Part shown: positions 9,490 to 17,117 of the stretch, piece by piece | Position numbering within the stretch: position 1 is the stretch's first letter | How the letters are laid out: each line of letters begins with the position of its first letter | Source of the DNA: Candidatus Micrarchaeota archaeon | GTDB lineage: Archaea > Micrarchaeota > Micrarchaeia > Burarchaeales > Fermentimicrarchaeaceae | Direction: 5' to 3' | Assembly (NCBI GenBank): GCA_013425405.1 | Contig: JACCLF010000047.1 | Location: 3,252-67,251, forward strand | DNA: 64,000 bases | Notes under the pieces: generated by a model | Told to the model about the DNA's origin: nothing | What the model saw: only the letters and a program-made list of their open reading frames with translations | The model's database searches: none | Translations under genes and position numbers: made by a program

Positions 9490-10263
9490 ATGGATATACT
9501 TGACGAAATAAAAAAGGATTATGTCCTGGATTTGATGAAGAAGGAAAAGAGGCCGGATGACAGGGGCTTTTTTGACTACCGGCCGTGCACTGTTGAGAAA
9601 GGAATATTTGAATCTGCTGAGGGAAGCGCCCGTGTGAAGCTTGGAAAAACGCAGGTTGTCGCGGGAGTAAAAATAGATGTGGGAACACCCTTCAAGGACA
9701 GGCCTGACGAGGGAGTTCTCTCGACAACTGCAGAGCTGCTTCCGCTGGCATCACCAACCTTTGAGCCAGGTCCTCCTAATGCGGCTGCCATTGAGCTTGC
9801 GAGAATTGTTGACAGAGGAATACGAAGCAGCAATGCAATAGACCTGAACTCGCTTTTAATAGAGAAGGACAAGGTTCTGATGGTGTTTGTCGACATATAC
9901 GTGCTTGACCACGATGGCAACCTCATAGATGCATCAGCGTTGGCTGCAATGGCCGCCCTGCTCAATGCGAAACTTCCCAAGTATGAGGACGGGCGAATCA
10001 TAAGGACTGAGCGAAATGATAATTTGAAGGTGAGCCAGAAGGTCGTCACATGCACCTTCTCCAAGATAGGCTCGCGCATAGTTCTTGACCCTGGGCTTGA
10101 CGAGGAGAAGGCAATGAGCGCCAGGCTTACTCTGGCTACGACTCCAGAGTATGTATGCGCCATGCAGAAAGGTGGAAGTGGCGCTTTCACAAAAGACGAG
10201 CTCATGAATCTCATAGATGTTTCATTTGAGAAGGGAAATGAGCTGAGGAAATTTCTGGATTGA
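9490..10263 (+). CDS. rrp42: Exosome RNase PH-like subunit Rrp42
   Basis: RPDDRGFFDYRPCTVEKGIFESAEGSARVKLGKTQVVAGVK. ATG 9490 lies just after the rrp41 stop. Confidence 0.9.
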   Translation: MDILDEIKKDYVLDLMKKEKRPDDRGFFDYRPCTVEKGIFESAEGSARVKLGKTQVVAGVKIDVGTPFKDRPDEGVLSTTAELLPLASPTFEPGPPNAAAIELARIVDRGIRSSNAIDLNSLLIEKDKVLMVFVDIYVLDHDGNLIDASALAAMAALLNAKLPKYEDGRIIRTERNDNLKVSQKVVTCTFSKIGSRIVLDPGLDEEKAMSARLTLATTPEYVCAMQKGGSGAFTKDELMNLIDVSFEKGNELRKFLD

Positions 10264-10275
10264 GGAGGTGAGCCC

Positions 10276-10515
10276 GTGGCCAAAGCCCAGGTTAGATATG
10301 GGGGAGAGATGAGAAAGAGAGCCGCTGCCGTTGACAGGCAGAGAGTTGCCAAGTACGCATGCCCCAAATGTGGAAAGAGAAAGGTCAAAAGAGAATGCTA
10401 TGCAGTATGGAAATGCAGGTCATGCGGTGCTACATTCGCTGGCGGTGCCTACTCGCTAACAACTGCAGTTGGAGAGACAGGCAGAAGAATAATTGCTGAT
10501 GTGAAAAAGAGGTAG
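10276..10515 (+). CDS. rpl37ae: Ribosomal protein L37Ae (eL43)
   Basis: CPKCGKRKVKRECYAVWKCRSCGATFAGGAY zinc ribbon. GTG start after GGAGGTGA. Confidence 0.9.
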   Translation: MAKAQVRYGGEMRKRAAAVDRQRVAKYACPKCGKRKVKRECYAVWKCRSCGATFAGGAYSLTTAVGETGRRIIADVKKR

Positions 10516-10520
10516 TTTAT

Positions 10521-10652
10521 ATGTACACCTGCTGGAAATGCAAGAAATCTGTGAAAGAATTGGATGGATCGTTTGTGAGATGCCCCTACTGCGGGTGCAG
10601 GGCGCTTTTCAAGGAGAGACAGCCCATAGCAAAGGACGTGAAGGCTGAATAG
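10521..10652 (+). CDS. rpoP: RNA polymerase subunit P (Rpo12)
   Basis: Not in the ORF track (43 aa). Sequence MYTCWKCKKSVKELDGSFVRCPYCGCRALFKERQPIAKDVKAE is a CxxC...CxxC zinc ribbon in the canonical position after rpl37ae. Confidence 0.85.
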   Translation: MYTCWKCKKSVKELDGSFVRCPYCGCRALFKERQPIAKDVKAE

Positions 10653-11111
10653 ATGGGAGTCTACGTAACAACAAGCAAGAACCCCTCAGCCAAAACTAAG
10701 GTTCTCTGCGAGGCGCTCTCGCTGGTACTGCCTGGCTCCACCCGTGAGCAAAGGGGTAAAAAAAGCATAGAGCAGATTTTCAGAAGGGCAAAACTTCTCG
10801 GAAAAAGAAGGGTGGTGCTCATCTACGAAAAAAATGGAGTTCCCTCCAGTATATGCCTGATGAAAGTGAAAGCCCACTCATGGGACTGGGTAGGTGAGGA
10901 ATTATTTATTTCAAAATTTCGCATTTATAAGCTCCCTGCAGACCTTCCAACTGAGCTCATCGTGAGCGGTGAGAGAAAGGAGGAATTCGAGAAGCTTTTT
11001 GATTTTGAGAAAACCGAAGGGGATGATTTCATTGAGCTCGCCTGCGGGAAGAAGGAACTCTCATTCTCATACTGGGGCAAACCCCTGATTAAGCTGGGAC
11101 TGGTCTCATGA
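10653..11111 (+). CDS. Brix-domain (Imp4-like) ribosome biogenesis protein
   Basis: MGVYVTTSKNPSAKTKVLCEALSLVLPGSTREQRGKKSIEQI pattern and superoperon position. Confidence 0.7.
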   Translation: MGVYVTTSKNPSAKTKVLCEALSLVLPGSTREQRGKKSIEQIFRRAKLLGKRRVVLIYEKNGVPSSICLMKVKAHSWDWVGEELFISKFRIYKLPADLPTELIVSGERKEEFEKLFDFEKTEGDDFIELACGKKELSFSYWGKPLIKLGLVS

Positions 11112-11350
11112 AAGCAACGCTTGAGATAGGATTCGCCAATCAAAAAATAGTCAAGAAGGCTCTCAACTCGCTGAAGCAGGAGACCAGCTTCAAGAAAAGG
11201 AGCAACACCAGTATGAGAGTTAGGGGTAATGCCCTGCTCATCAGCATAGAGGCAAAAGAATTCCCAGCTCTGAGGGCAACTGTTCATTCTTACCTAAGGC
11301 TTTTAAATGTCATATTCTCTGTTTCAAATCTGACAGAAAAGGAGGGATAG
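11108..11350 (+). CDS. pcc1: KEOPS subunit Pcc1
   Basis: 80 aa: MKATLEIGFANQKIVKKALNSLKQE...ALLISIEAKEFPALRATVHSYLRLL. Conserved position before prefoldin beta. Confidence 0.6.
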   Translation: MKATLEIGFANQKIVKKALNSLKQETSFKKRSNTSMRVRGNALLISIEAKEFPALRATVHSYLRLLNVIFSVSNLTEKEG

Positions 11351-11351
11351 C

Positions 11352-11699
11352 ATGGTTGATATGCCGAAGGAACTGGAGCATGACATAAATGAGTTCCAAA
11401 CTGCGCAGAATCAGCTCCAGATGATTGTCATCCAGAAGCAGCAGGTTAAGATGCAGCTGGAGGAAATAGATGATGCGCTTGAGGAGCTTAAGGGAAAGAG
11501 CGGCAAGGTTTTCAAGTCAATCGGCTCGGTGCTCGTTGAGTCGAAGGCAGACGATGTTGTGAAAGAGCTCAATGAGGACAAGGAGACGATGAAAGTTAGG
11601 ATCGGGGTTTTTGGTAAGCAGGAGGAGAAGCTCAGGGGAAGGCTTGTGGAACTCAAGTCCAAGATAGAGAAAGCCGCTGGGGCGATGGGAGCCGCATGA
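11352..11699 (+). CDS. pfdB: Prefoldin beta subunit
   Basis: 115-aa coiled-coil/beta-hairpin/coiled-coil layout (QNQLQMIVIQKQQVKMQLEE...VFKSIGSVLVE...). Confidence 0.8.
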   Translation: MVDMPKELEHDINEFQTAQNQLQMIVIQKQQVKMQLEEIDDALEELKGKSGKVFKSIGSVLVESKADDVVKELNEDKETMKVRIGVFGKQEEKLRGRLVELKSKIEKAAGAMGAA

Positions 11700-12688
11700 A
11701 AGAAATGCTAAATTTCCTAAAATCTGCGAGGGGGAAGAAAGCTCTAATCCTAATACACTCCCTTGCTGATTTGGATGCGGTCGGGAGTGCTGTTGCCCTC
11801 CAGTCATTCCTCAAAAATTCCTCAATAATTGCTTCGGATCTGCCTACTGCAAAAGCTAGGAAGCTGCTTAAGTTCATAAAGTCTGAAGTCAGAATTGGCG
11901 GGAAGCTCAGCGCAGACATGATGGTAATCCTGGATACCAATTCATACGACATGCTCGGCGAGCTTGCGAAAGATGTTAAGAATTTCAAAGGGGAAAAAGT
12001 TGTCATAGATCACCACTCCCTCCACCCTGATTCAATAAAAGCAAATCATCTGCTGGTTGACAACCGCTACCTCTCCACTTCAGAGATTATCTACGAATTG
12101 CTGAAAGAGCTTAAATGCAAAATTTCCGAGACTGAGGCAGTATGCCTGCTTTGCGGGATTATCGACGATTCCGCAGGCTTCAGGAATGCCAACAGGAAGA
12201 CATTCCGCAATATCGCCCAGCTTCTCGGTAAAACCGGACTGGGGTATGACGATATTATGAGGCTTACCGAAACAAATGCAGATATATCCAAAAGAATAGC
12301 CCTGCTCACAGCCTGCAAGCGAGCTGAGGTGGTTAGGGTTGGCAATTACCTCATAGCAAAATCAACTGTTGGTTCTTTTGAAGCCAAGGCTGCGGAAGCT
12401 CTAACAAATCTGGGAGCTGATTTCTCATTCGTAGGATGCAATGAAAAGAAGGATGCAAGGATATCCGCAAGGGTTAGAAGCGATGCTTGCGATGAGCTCG
12501 GCATAAATATTGCAACGCAGGTGATGGAGAAAGTTGGGAAAACCCTGAAGGGCAGCGGAGGGGGGCATGCGTGCGCTGCAGGGGCGGATGGACCTGATGT
12601 CGATGCCTTTGAAGATGCGATGGATGAATGCGTTAAAATCACAAAGGAGATTGTGGAGAGGAAAACTCATGCTAAAGCCAGAAGTTGA
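11696..12688 (+). CDS. DHH/DHHA1-family phosphoesterase (NrnA/RecJ-like)
   Basis: Motifs HSLADLDAVGS, VIDHH and GGGHACAAG. Confidence 0.8.
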   Translation: MKEMLNFLKSARGKKALILIHSLADLDAVGSAVALQSFLKNSSIIASDLPTAKARKLLKFIKSEVRIGGKLSADMMVILDTNSYDMLGELAKDVKNFKGEKVVIDHHSLHPDSIKANHLLVDNRYLSTSEIIYELLKELKCKISETEAVCLLCGIIDDSAGFRNANRKTFRNIAQLLGKTGLGYDDIMRLTETNADISKRIALLTACKRAEVVRVGNYLIAKSTVGSFEAKAAEALTNLGADFSFVGCNEKKDARISARVRSDACDELGINIATQVMEKVGKTLKGSGGGHACAAGADGPDVDAFEDAMDECVKITKEIVERKTHAKARS

Positions 12689-12974
12689 GAAAAAAGTTCT
12701 GCTATTCTTAAAAAAGATACCTAACGGTAAGGTTGCAACCTACAAAAGCATAGGCGACAGGTTCAAGCTCCACCCAAGATTGGTTGGGTTGGTTATGAGC
12801 AGGAACAAGCATCCTGAGTTATATCCCTGCTTCAAGGTTGTGAAGTCAAACGGCGAGCTTGGAGGATATTCAGCTGGCGGAGTGAAAAAGAAAGCAGAGC
12901 TTCTTAAAAGAGATGGCATTCAACTCAAAAGAAGAGTGGATTTGAAGAGATATCTGTGGCACTATATACTGTGA
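12669..12974 (+). CDS. Short MGMT-family (DNA-binding domain only) protein with variant active site PCFKV
   Basis: KVATYKSIGDRF...HPELYPCFKVVKSNGELGGYSAGG aligns to the MGMT C-terminal domain (canonical PCHRV). Start set at MLKPEVEKK. Confidence 0.65.
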   Translation: MLKPEVEKKVLLFLKKIPNGKVATYKSIGDRFKLHPRLVGLVMSRNKHPELYPCFKVVKSNGELGGYSAGGVKKKAELLKRDGIQLKRRVDLKRYLWHYIL

Positions 12975-13933
12975 AATATTCCGCCTACGCTCTCTACATC
13001 ACCCTCGAGACTGACGTATCCATACCCAACTGCATAATTTCTGTAAGCCATATGCCTGATTATTTCGCTTGAGTTAATCGTTAGAAGTTTACCGTCAAAT
13101 CTCTCAATTCTGTCCTTCTCAAGCGGCTCGTGGCCGTTAATCCCTATCTTACAACTCATTCTACCAAGAGCGCGCTTATAAACCGACGGACCAAAGAAAC
13201 GGCCAATCCCTCTGTTTGTGTTCTCCGCCATCCCGTCTACATTCTCTCTGCCGTCGTTCCACACAATATCCTTCTCAATCTCACTCCCTCCATACGCTAT
13301 ATTGGCCTCGTTAATTTTGTCCGATACCCCTCCATGGAAGAAGAAAATGCCATTCTCAGTCTTTGCGGCCAAGGGAAGCATCCCAAAAACCTCGAAGTAT
13401 TGCCTGTACATACCTCCATTGAAGTCATTGTATTTTTTAATGTTCTCTTCAAGGAAGCTCTTGGCTCCGGGAGAGTTCTCGGAGGATGGCTGAATCTCAT
13501 GGTCCCCCTTCAGCATTACAACATTATCACGAAAATTCCTTTTGAGCTCCAGCAACAAATTCACAACTTCCACCTGCTGCGGTCCCCTGTCTATATAATC
13601 CCCCAGAGCGACCAGAGTCAATTTTTCACCTTTCTTAACCCTTTCTACAAAATTAGTCTCCTTGAGTATCTTAACGAGGGAGCTCTCATCCCCGTGCAGG
13701 TCCCCAACAACAATTGCATTCCCTCCTTTGGGGATGTACGCCATATTGCCCGTCATCCTAAGCCCGGAATGCCGTGCCCTCTCCTCCCTCAGAATATCTT
13801 TAACAATTATCGCAGTCTCCCTTGCCCTGCCAAAATCAAGCTTATCCGCTACATCCACTATTTCATCAAGAGTTAAGCTCTTCGCTTCCTTCTCTCCTGG
13901 GAGTTTCTTAACAACCATGCTTAACTCACTCAT
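12962..13933 (-). CDS. PPP-family Ser/Thr protein phosphatase (metallophosphoesterase)
   Basis: GDLHGD, GDYIDRG and LKGDHE motifs. Start set at MSELSMVVKK. Confidence 0.8.
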   Translation of the reverse strand: MSELSMVVKKLPGEKEAKSLTLDEIVDVADKLDFGRARETAIIVKDILREERARHSGLRMTGNMAYIPKGGNAIVVGDLHGDESSLVKILKETNFVERVKKGEKLTLVALGDYIDRGPQQVEVVNLLLELKRNFRDNVVMLKGDHEIQPSSENSPGAKSFLEENIKKYNDFNGGMYRQYFEVFGMLPLAAKTENGIFFFHGGVSDKINEANIAYGGSEIEKDIVWNDGRENVDGMAENTNRGIGRFFGPSVYKRALGRMSCKIGINGHEPLEKDRIERFDGKLLTINSSEIIRHMAYRNYAVGYGYVSLEGDVESVGGIFHSI

Positions 13934-14052
13934 TTGAGATATAAAAGCATATCCAAAAATCACAATGTTCCAGCTTCAGGATGAAAGCGAATATATAACA
14001 GTATATCAAATCCAATCGGCCATTCACTGGAAAGCTACCCCCCTCCACGAGG

Positions 14053-14060
14053 TTTATAAA
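14053..14060 (+). promoter_or_regulatory. TATA box of tnpB copy 1 (near-leaderless transcript)
   Basis: TTTATAAA lies ~27 nt upstream of ATG 14087 and is conserved in copy 2. Confidence 0.5.
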
Positions 14061-14086
14061 GGAAAAAATCGACGTAAATAACGTCT

Positions 14087-15280
14087 ATGAAAAGCTATAA
14101 ATTCAGAATATACCCATCAAAGAAGCAGGAGGAGCTTCTGAACAAGCATCTCTGGCTAGCAAAGAACCTATGGAATGAGTTGCTTGGAGAGTGCAAAAAA
14201 ATTTACACAAATTTTGGCTACTTCCCGACAAAGAATACCTTACAGCTGATGGTAAAGAACTATGGTCTTTATGCTCAAACTCAGCAAGAGATTGCACATA
14301 GAGTTCACAATTCCGTAATTCGAGTTTTCAAACTGAGAAATAATCTAGTAAAATGTGGTTTTCCACGCTTCAAATCTATTGACAGAATGAAGAGTTTACA
14401 TTATCCGCAGTATGGATTTTGCTTTGACAAAAAACTCAAAGTCACTCCATTTGGAGAGATTGCAATAAAGAAGCACCGGGAGATAAAAGGTGAAATAAAG
14501 ACGCTGACTCTGAAAAGGGAGTCTTCTGGAAAGTGGTTTGCAATTTTTTGTGCTGAGACACCAAAAGAAATTCCAAAAGAAAATAATGGAGAGGCAGTTG
14601 GAATTGACCTGGGAGTGATGAGATTTGCAACCCTATCTGATGGTAAAGTGATAAAGAACCCAAGGCATCTCATGAAATATGAGAAAGAGCTTGCATTCAT
14701 CCAGAGGAAGTTCTCAAGGAAAAAGAAAAGAAGCAAAAACAGGAAAATGGCAAAGGTAAGAGTTGCAAGGTTATATGAAAAGATTTCAGATTGCAGAAGA
14801 GATTTCCTGCACAAGATTTCAACTGAATTGGTGAATGATTATTCCTTCATTGCATCAGAAAGGCTTGCCTCACAGAAGATGGCAGAACAGAATTACGGCA
14901 AGCAGATTCATGATGCTGGATGGAGTATGTTTGCAAACATGCTTGCATACAAGGCGGAAGGAGCTGGATGCAGGGTTGTATTTGTGAACCCAGAAAATAC
15001 TTCAAAAATGTGCAGCAGATGCGGAAACATCAGAAAAGACTTGAGTCTGCGGGACAGGACGTATACCTGCCCTGAATGTGGACTAACCATAGACAGGGAT
15101 TTAAATGCTGCAGTAAATATACTCAAGAGAGTTACCCCTGGGCAAGGGGGAAGTAACGCCTGCAATTCCTTGCAAAAGGAAAGAGATGTTGCAGAAAGAA
15201 GCAACGTCTGTGAAGCAGGAAGTTTGCGCCTATTAATAGGCGAAGCGTGTCACAAAGCTACATCTCCAGAATTCTCTTAA
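14087..15280 (+). CDS. tnpB: TnpB RNA-guided endonuclease (IS200/IS605 OrfB)
   Basis: MKSYKFRIYPSKKQEELLNKHLWLAKNLWN. RuvC-I AVGIDLGV, RuvC-II IASERL, zinc finger CSRCG...CPECG, RuvC-III DRDLNAAVNI. The ORF reads through the element end into host DNA. Confidence 0.9.
   Translation: MKSYKFRIYPSKKQEELLNKHLWLAKNLWNELLGECKKIYTNFGYFPTKNTLQLMVKNYGLYAQTQQEIAHRVHNSVIRVFKLRNNLVKCGFPRFKSIDRMKSLHYPQYGFCFDKKLKVTPFGEIAIKKHREIKGEIKTLTLKRESSGKWFAIFCAETPKEIPKENNGEAVGIDLGVMRFATLSDGKVIKNPRHLMKYEKELAFIQRKFSRKKKRSKNRKMAKVRVARLYEKISDCRRDFLHKISTELVNDYSFIASERLASQKMAEQNYGKQIHDAGWSMFANMLAYKAEGAGCRVVFVNPENTSKMCSRCGNIRKDLSLRDRTYTCPECGLTIDRDLNAAVNILKRVTPGQGGSNACNSLQKERDVAERSNVCEAGSLRLLIGEACHKATSPEFS
15148..15253 (+). 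ncRNA. Candidate omega-RNA (reRNA) scaffold core of TnpB copy 1
   Basis: GGGAAGTAACGCCTGCAATTCCTTGCAAAAGGAAAGAGATGTTGCA and GCAACGTCTGTGAAGCAGGAAG are nucleotide-identical to copy 2 although the protein diverges upstream. Hairpins are TTCCTT-GCAA-AAGGAA, GTTGC-loop-GCAAC and a terminal hairpin. Confidence 0.55.
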
Positions 15281-16460
15281 GTGTCTTTTCAGCGCTACCC
15301 TTCCCCTCCTCGCTTAGCAATGCATACAATGTCTCGATGTCTATGTCGGATTTGAACCCATACTGCTTCAGTTTGTTCTTGAGAATTTCTATGCCAATAT
15401 CCTTGACAGACAGTTTGCTCTCCCTCAGGCTCCTGAGCTTGTCTATTTTCTCTTTCAGGGTTTCAGATTCAAGGTCTTTGTCAATTTCCACAATTGCCCT
15501 GTCCTCAAATTCCCCAGCAATTGAGCTAACATCGAGGTTTGACTGGTTGAGGCCTTTTGCCATACTTCCCCTCAGCTTGAGCTTTATCAACGGCTTTACC
15601 TCAGTCTTATTCTCCAACAGCTTCTCAATGCTTTTCCTTGCCTTTGCGAGCACTTCCTCCAGACTCGCCTGCTTGAACTCCAGCTCCTCAAAGAAGAATG
15701 GCCTGCTCTGTATCTCGCGGAAGACTGCCTCCTTGCTCTTAGTGTCAAAAACAAAGAACCCCTTTCCCCCGACATCCTCCTTCCTCATCTGCGTCACCAC
15801 AGTGCTTCCCGGGATGATGAAGTAGGCTCCGCTGTCAAGTTTCTGAATAGTCTTTGCATGTATATGCCCGCAGAGATACAGGTCAAACCCCTTCGGAAGG
15901 TCCTCCATTCCCATCAGACTCTCACCGGGAAGGAACTCCTTCATGCTCTGGTGGAAGAGAAACACATTGAAAGCTCCGTCTACTGGTTTTGGCGAGAGCG
16001 CTTCCAGAGCACTCTTTGCGTACTCCTCAGGGATGCCGCCCATTCCCTGCAGGGCAATTCGCTCCCCATCCTTTTCAAAAACCGCCGTGGCAGCATGCAC
16101 ATTCACGAGAAACCCTGCCTTCTCAAGCAACTCAATAGGGTTGACTAACTCCTTCGTCCTTCTCTCATGTGTTCCATGGATTGCCACTACTGGAACTTCA
16201 GCATAATTCTTCCTCCCGTCCTTGCTGTCATAGCTTGCAAGCTTTGCTTCCCACTTCTTCCCAAAGGCATTTCTGAACAGCTTGAAGGACCTTGCCAGAA
16301 TCTCCTGCTTGGGAATCCTGGAATCAAATATATCACCGAGCAGCACTACCAACTCTGCCTCCTCGCATGCTCTGGAAAAAGCTCTCTCCGCCTGCTCGAA
16401 TGAATCATCCAGGAACCTTACATACCCCAGATGAAAATCGGCAAGCACCGCAATTTTCAA
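15258..16460 (-). CDS. mre11: Mre11/SbcD-like DNA repair nuclease
   Basis: Metallophosphoesterase motifs DFHLG, GDIFD, IHGTHE and CGHIH, plus a long helical C-terminus. Confidence 0.7.
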   Translation of the reverse strand: MKIAVLADFHLGYVRFLDDSFEQAERAFSRACEEAELVVLLGDIFDSRIPKQEILARSFKLFRNAFGKKWEAKLASYDSKDGRKNYAEVPVVAIHGTHERRTKELVNPIELLEKAGFLVNVHAATAVFEKDGERIALQGMGGIPEEYAKSALEALSPKPVDGAFNVFLFHQSMKEFLPGESLMGMEDLPKGFDLYLCGHIHAKTIQKLDSGAYFIIPGSTVVTQMRKEDVGGKGFFVFDTKSKEAVFREIQSRPFFFEELEFKQASLEEVLAKARKSIEKLLENKTEVKPLIKLKLRGSMAKGLNQSNLDVSSIAGEFEDRAIVEIDKDLESETLKEKIDKLRSLRESKLSVKDIGIEILKNKLKQYGFKSDIDIETLYALLSEEGKGSAEKTLKRILEM

Positions 16461-16625
16461 GCAACCACCCTCCTAGCTAAGTCGAATCCAGCGGACATAC
16501 ATAATTATTAAAAACAAAGTATAAAATCCCTTATATGACATCAAGCACAACTTTCACCCTTTTCACTGCATTAGTCATGGTCCTAGTAACAATAATATTC
16601 ATCTATTTCATTACAAGGTGAGCAG

Positions 16626-17045
16626 ATGGACTGGAGAATAGCCGCAATTGTAACGATGCTTGCACTTGGCGTCTACAACATACTTGTGCAGCAGTTCGTA
16701 AAGAAGGTTGACTGGCGAGTAATGATACCCATAGCTTTCGTTGTCTCCCTTGCGCTCCTTATATACTTCCTGACTACCTACCCATCATTCATTGATAATG
16801 TAACTTCCGGTTCAATACTCTTCTCATTCGCGCTGGCTTTCGTGTTTTGCGTGGCAACAGTATTTACCTACATAACATTCAAGGAGGGAGCCCAGCCAGG
16901 TCTTGCTGCCATGATATTCAACCTGAGCGCCATTGTCACAATTCTCATTTCAGCGTTTTTACTAAAAACAGATACCCTGGACCTTCAGAAAATCGTCGGC
17001 ATACTCTTCAGCCTGCTGGGGATGGTCCTGCTGCTCTACAGGTGA
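16626..17045 (+). CDS. Single EamA-domain (DMT superfamily) membrane protein
   Basis: 139 aa with five predicted TM helices and an EamA-like pattern. Confidence 0.55.
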   Translation: MDWRIAAIVTMLALGVYNILVQQFVKKVDWRVMIPIAFVVSLALLIYFLTTYPSFIDNVTSGSILFSFALAFVFCVATVFTYITFKEGAQPGLAAMIFNLSAIVTILISAFLLKTDTLDLQKIVGILFSLLGMVLLLYR

Positions 17046-17117
17046 CTCGTATAGATAGACAGCTGACGAATAAGTTTATAAAAATTATGTAGTATATTAT
17101 ACCACGGAGGGAGAAAA

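Larger units (their letters stand above)
13960..15253 (+). mobile_element. IS200/IS605-family element, TnpB-only (IS1341-like), copy 1
   Basis: The left part (degenerate hairpin, then TTCACTGGAAAGCTACCCC...GTTTATAAAGG...GTAAATAACGTCTATGA) is shared with copy 2. The right end finishes in a hairpin plus AGCGTGTCAC at 15253. No tnpA. The left boundary is approximate. Confidence 0.75.

Noticed and set aside
16535-16621. 28-codon hydrophobic micro-ORF (MTSSTTFTLFTALVMVLVTIIFIYFITR) just upstream of the EamA gene. I considered it as a frameshifted first TM helix.
   Set aside because: The downstream 139-aa ORF already contains a full five-helix EamA domain. It cannot be supported without conservation or expression data.
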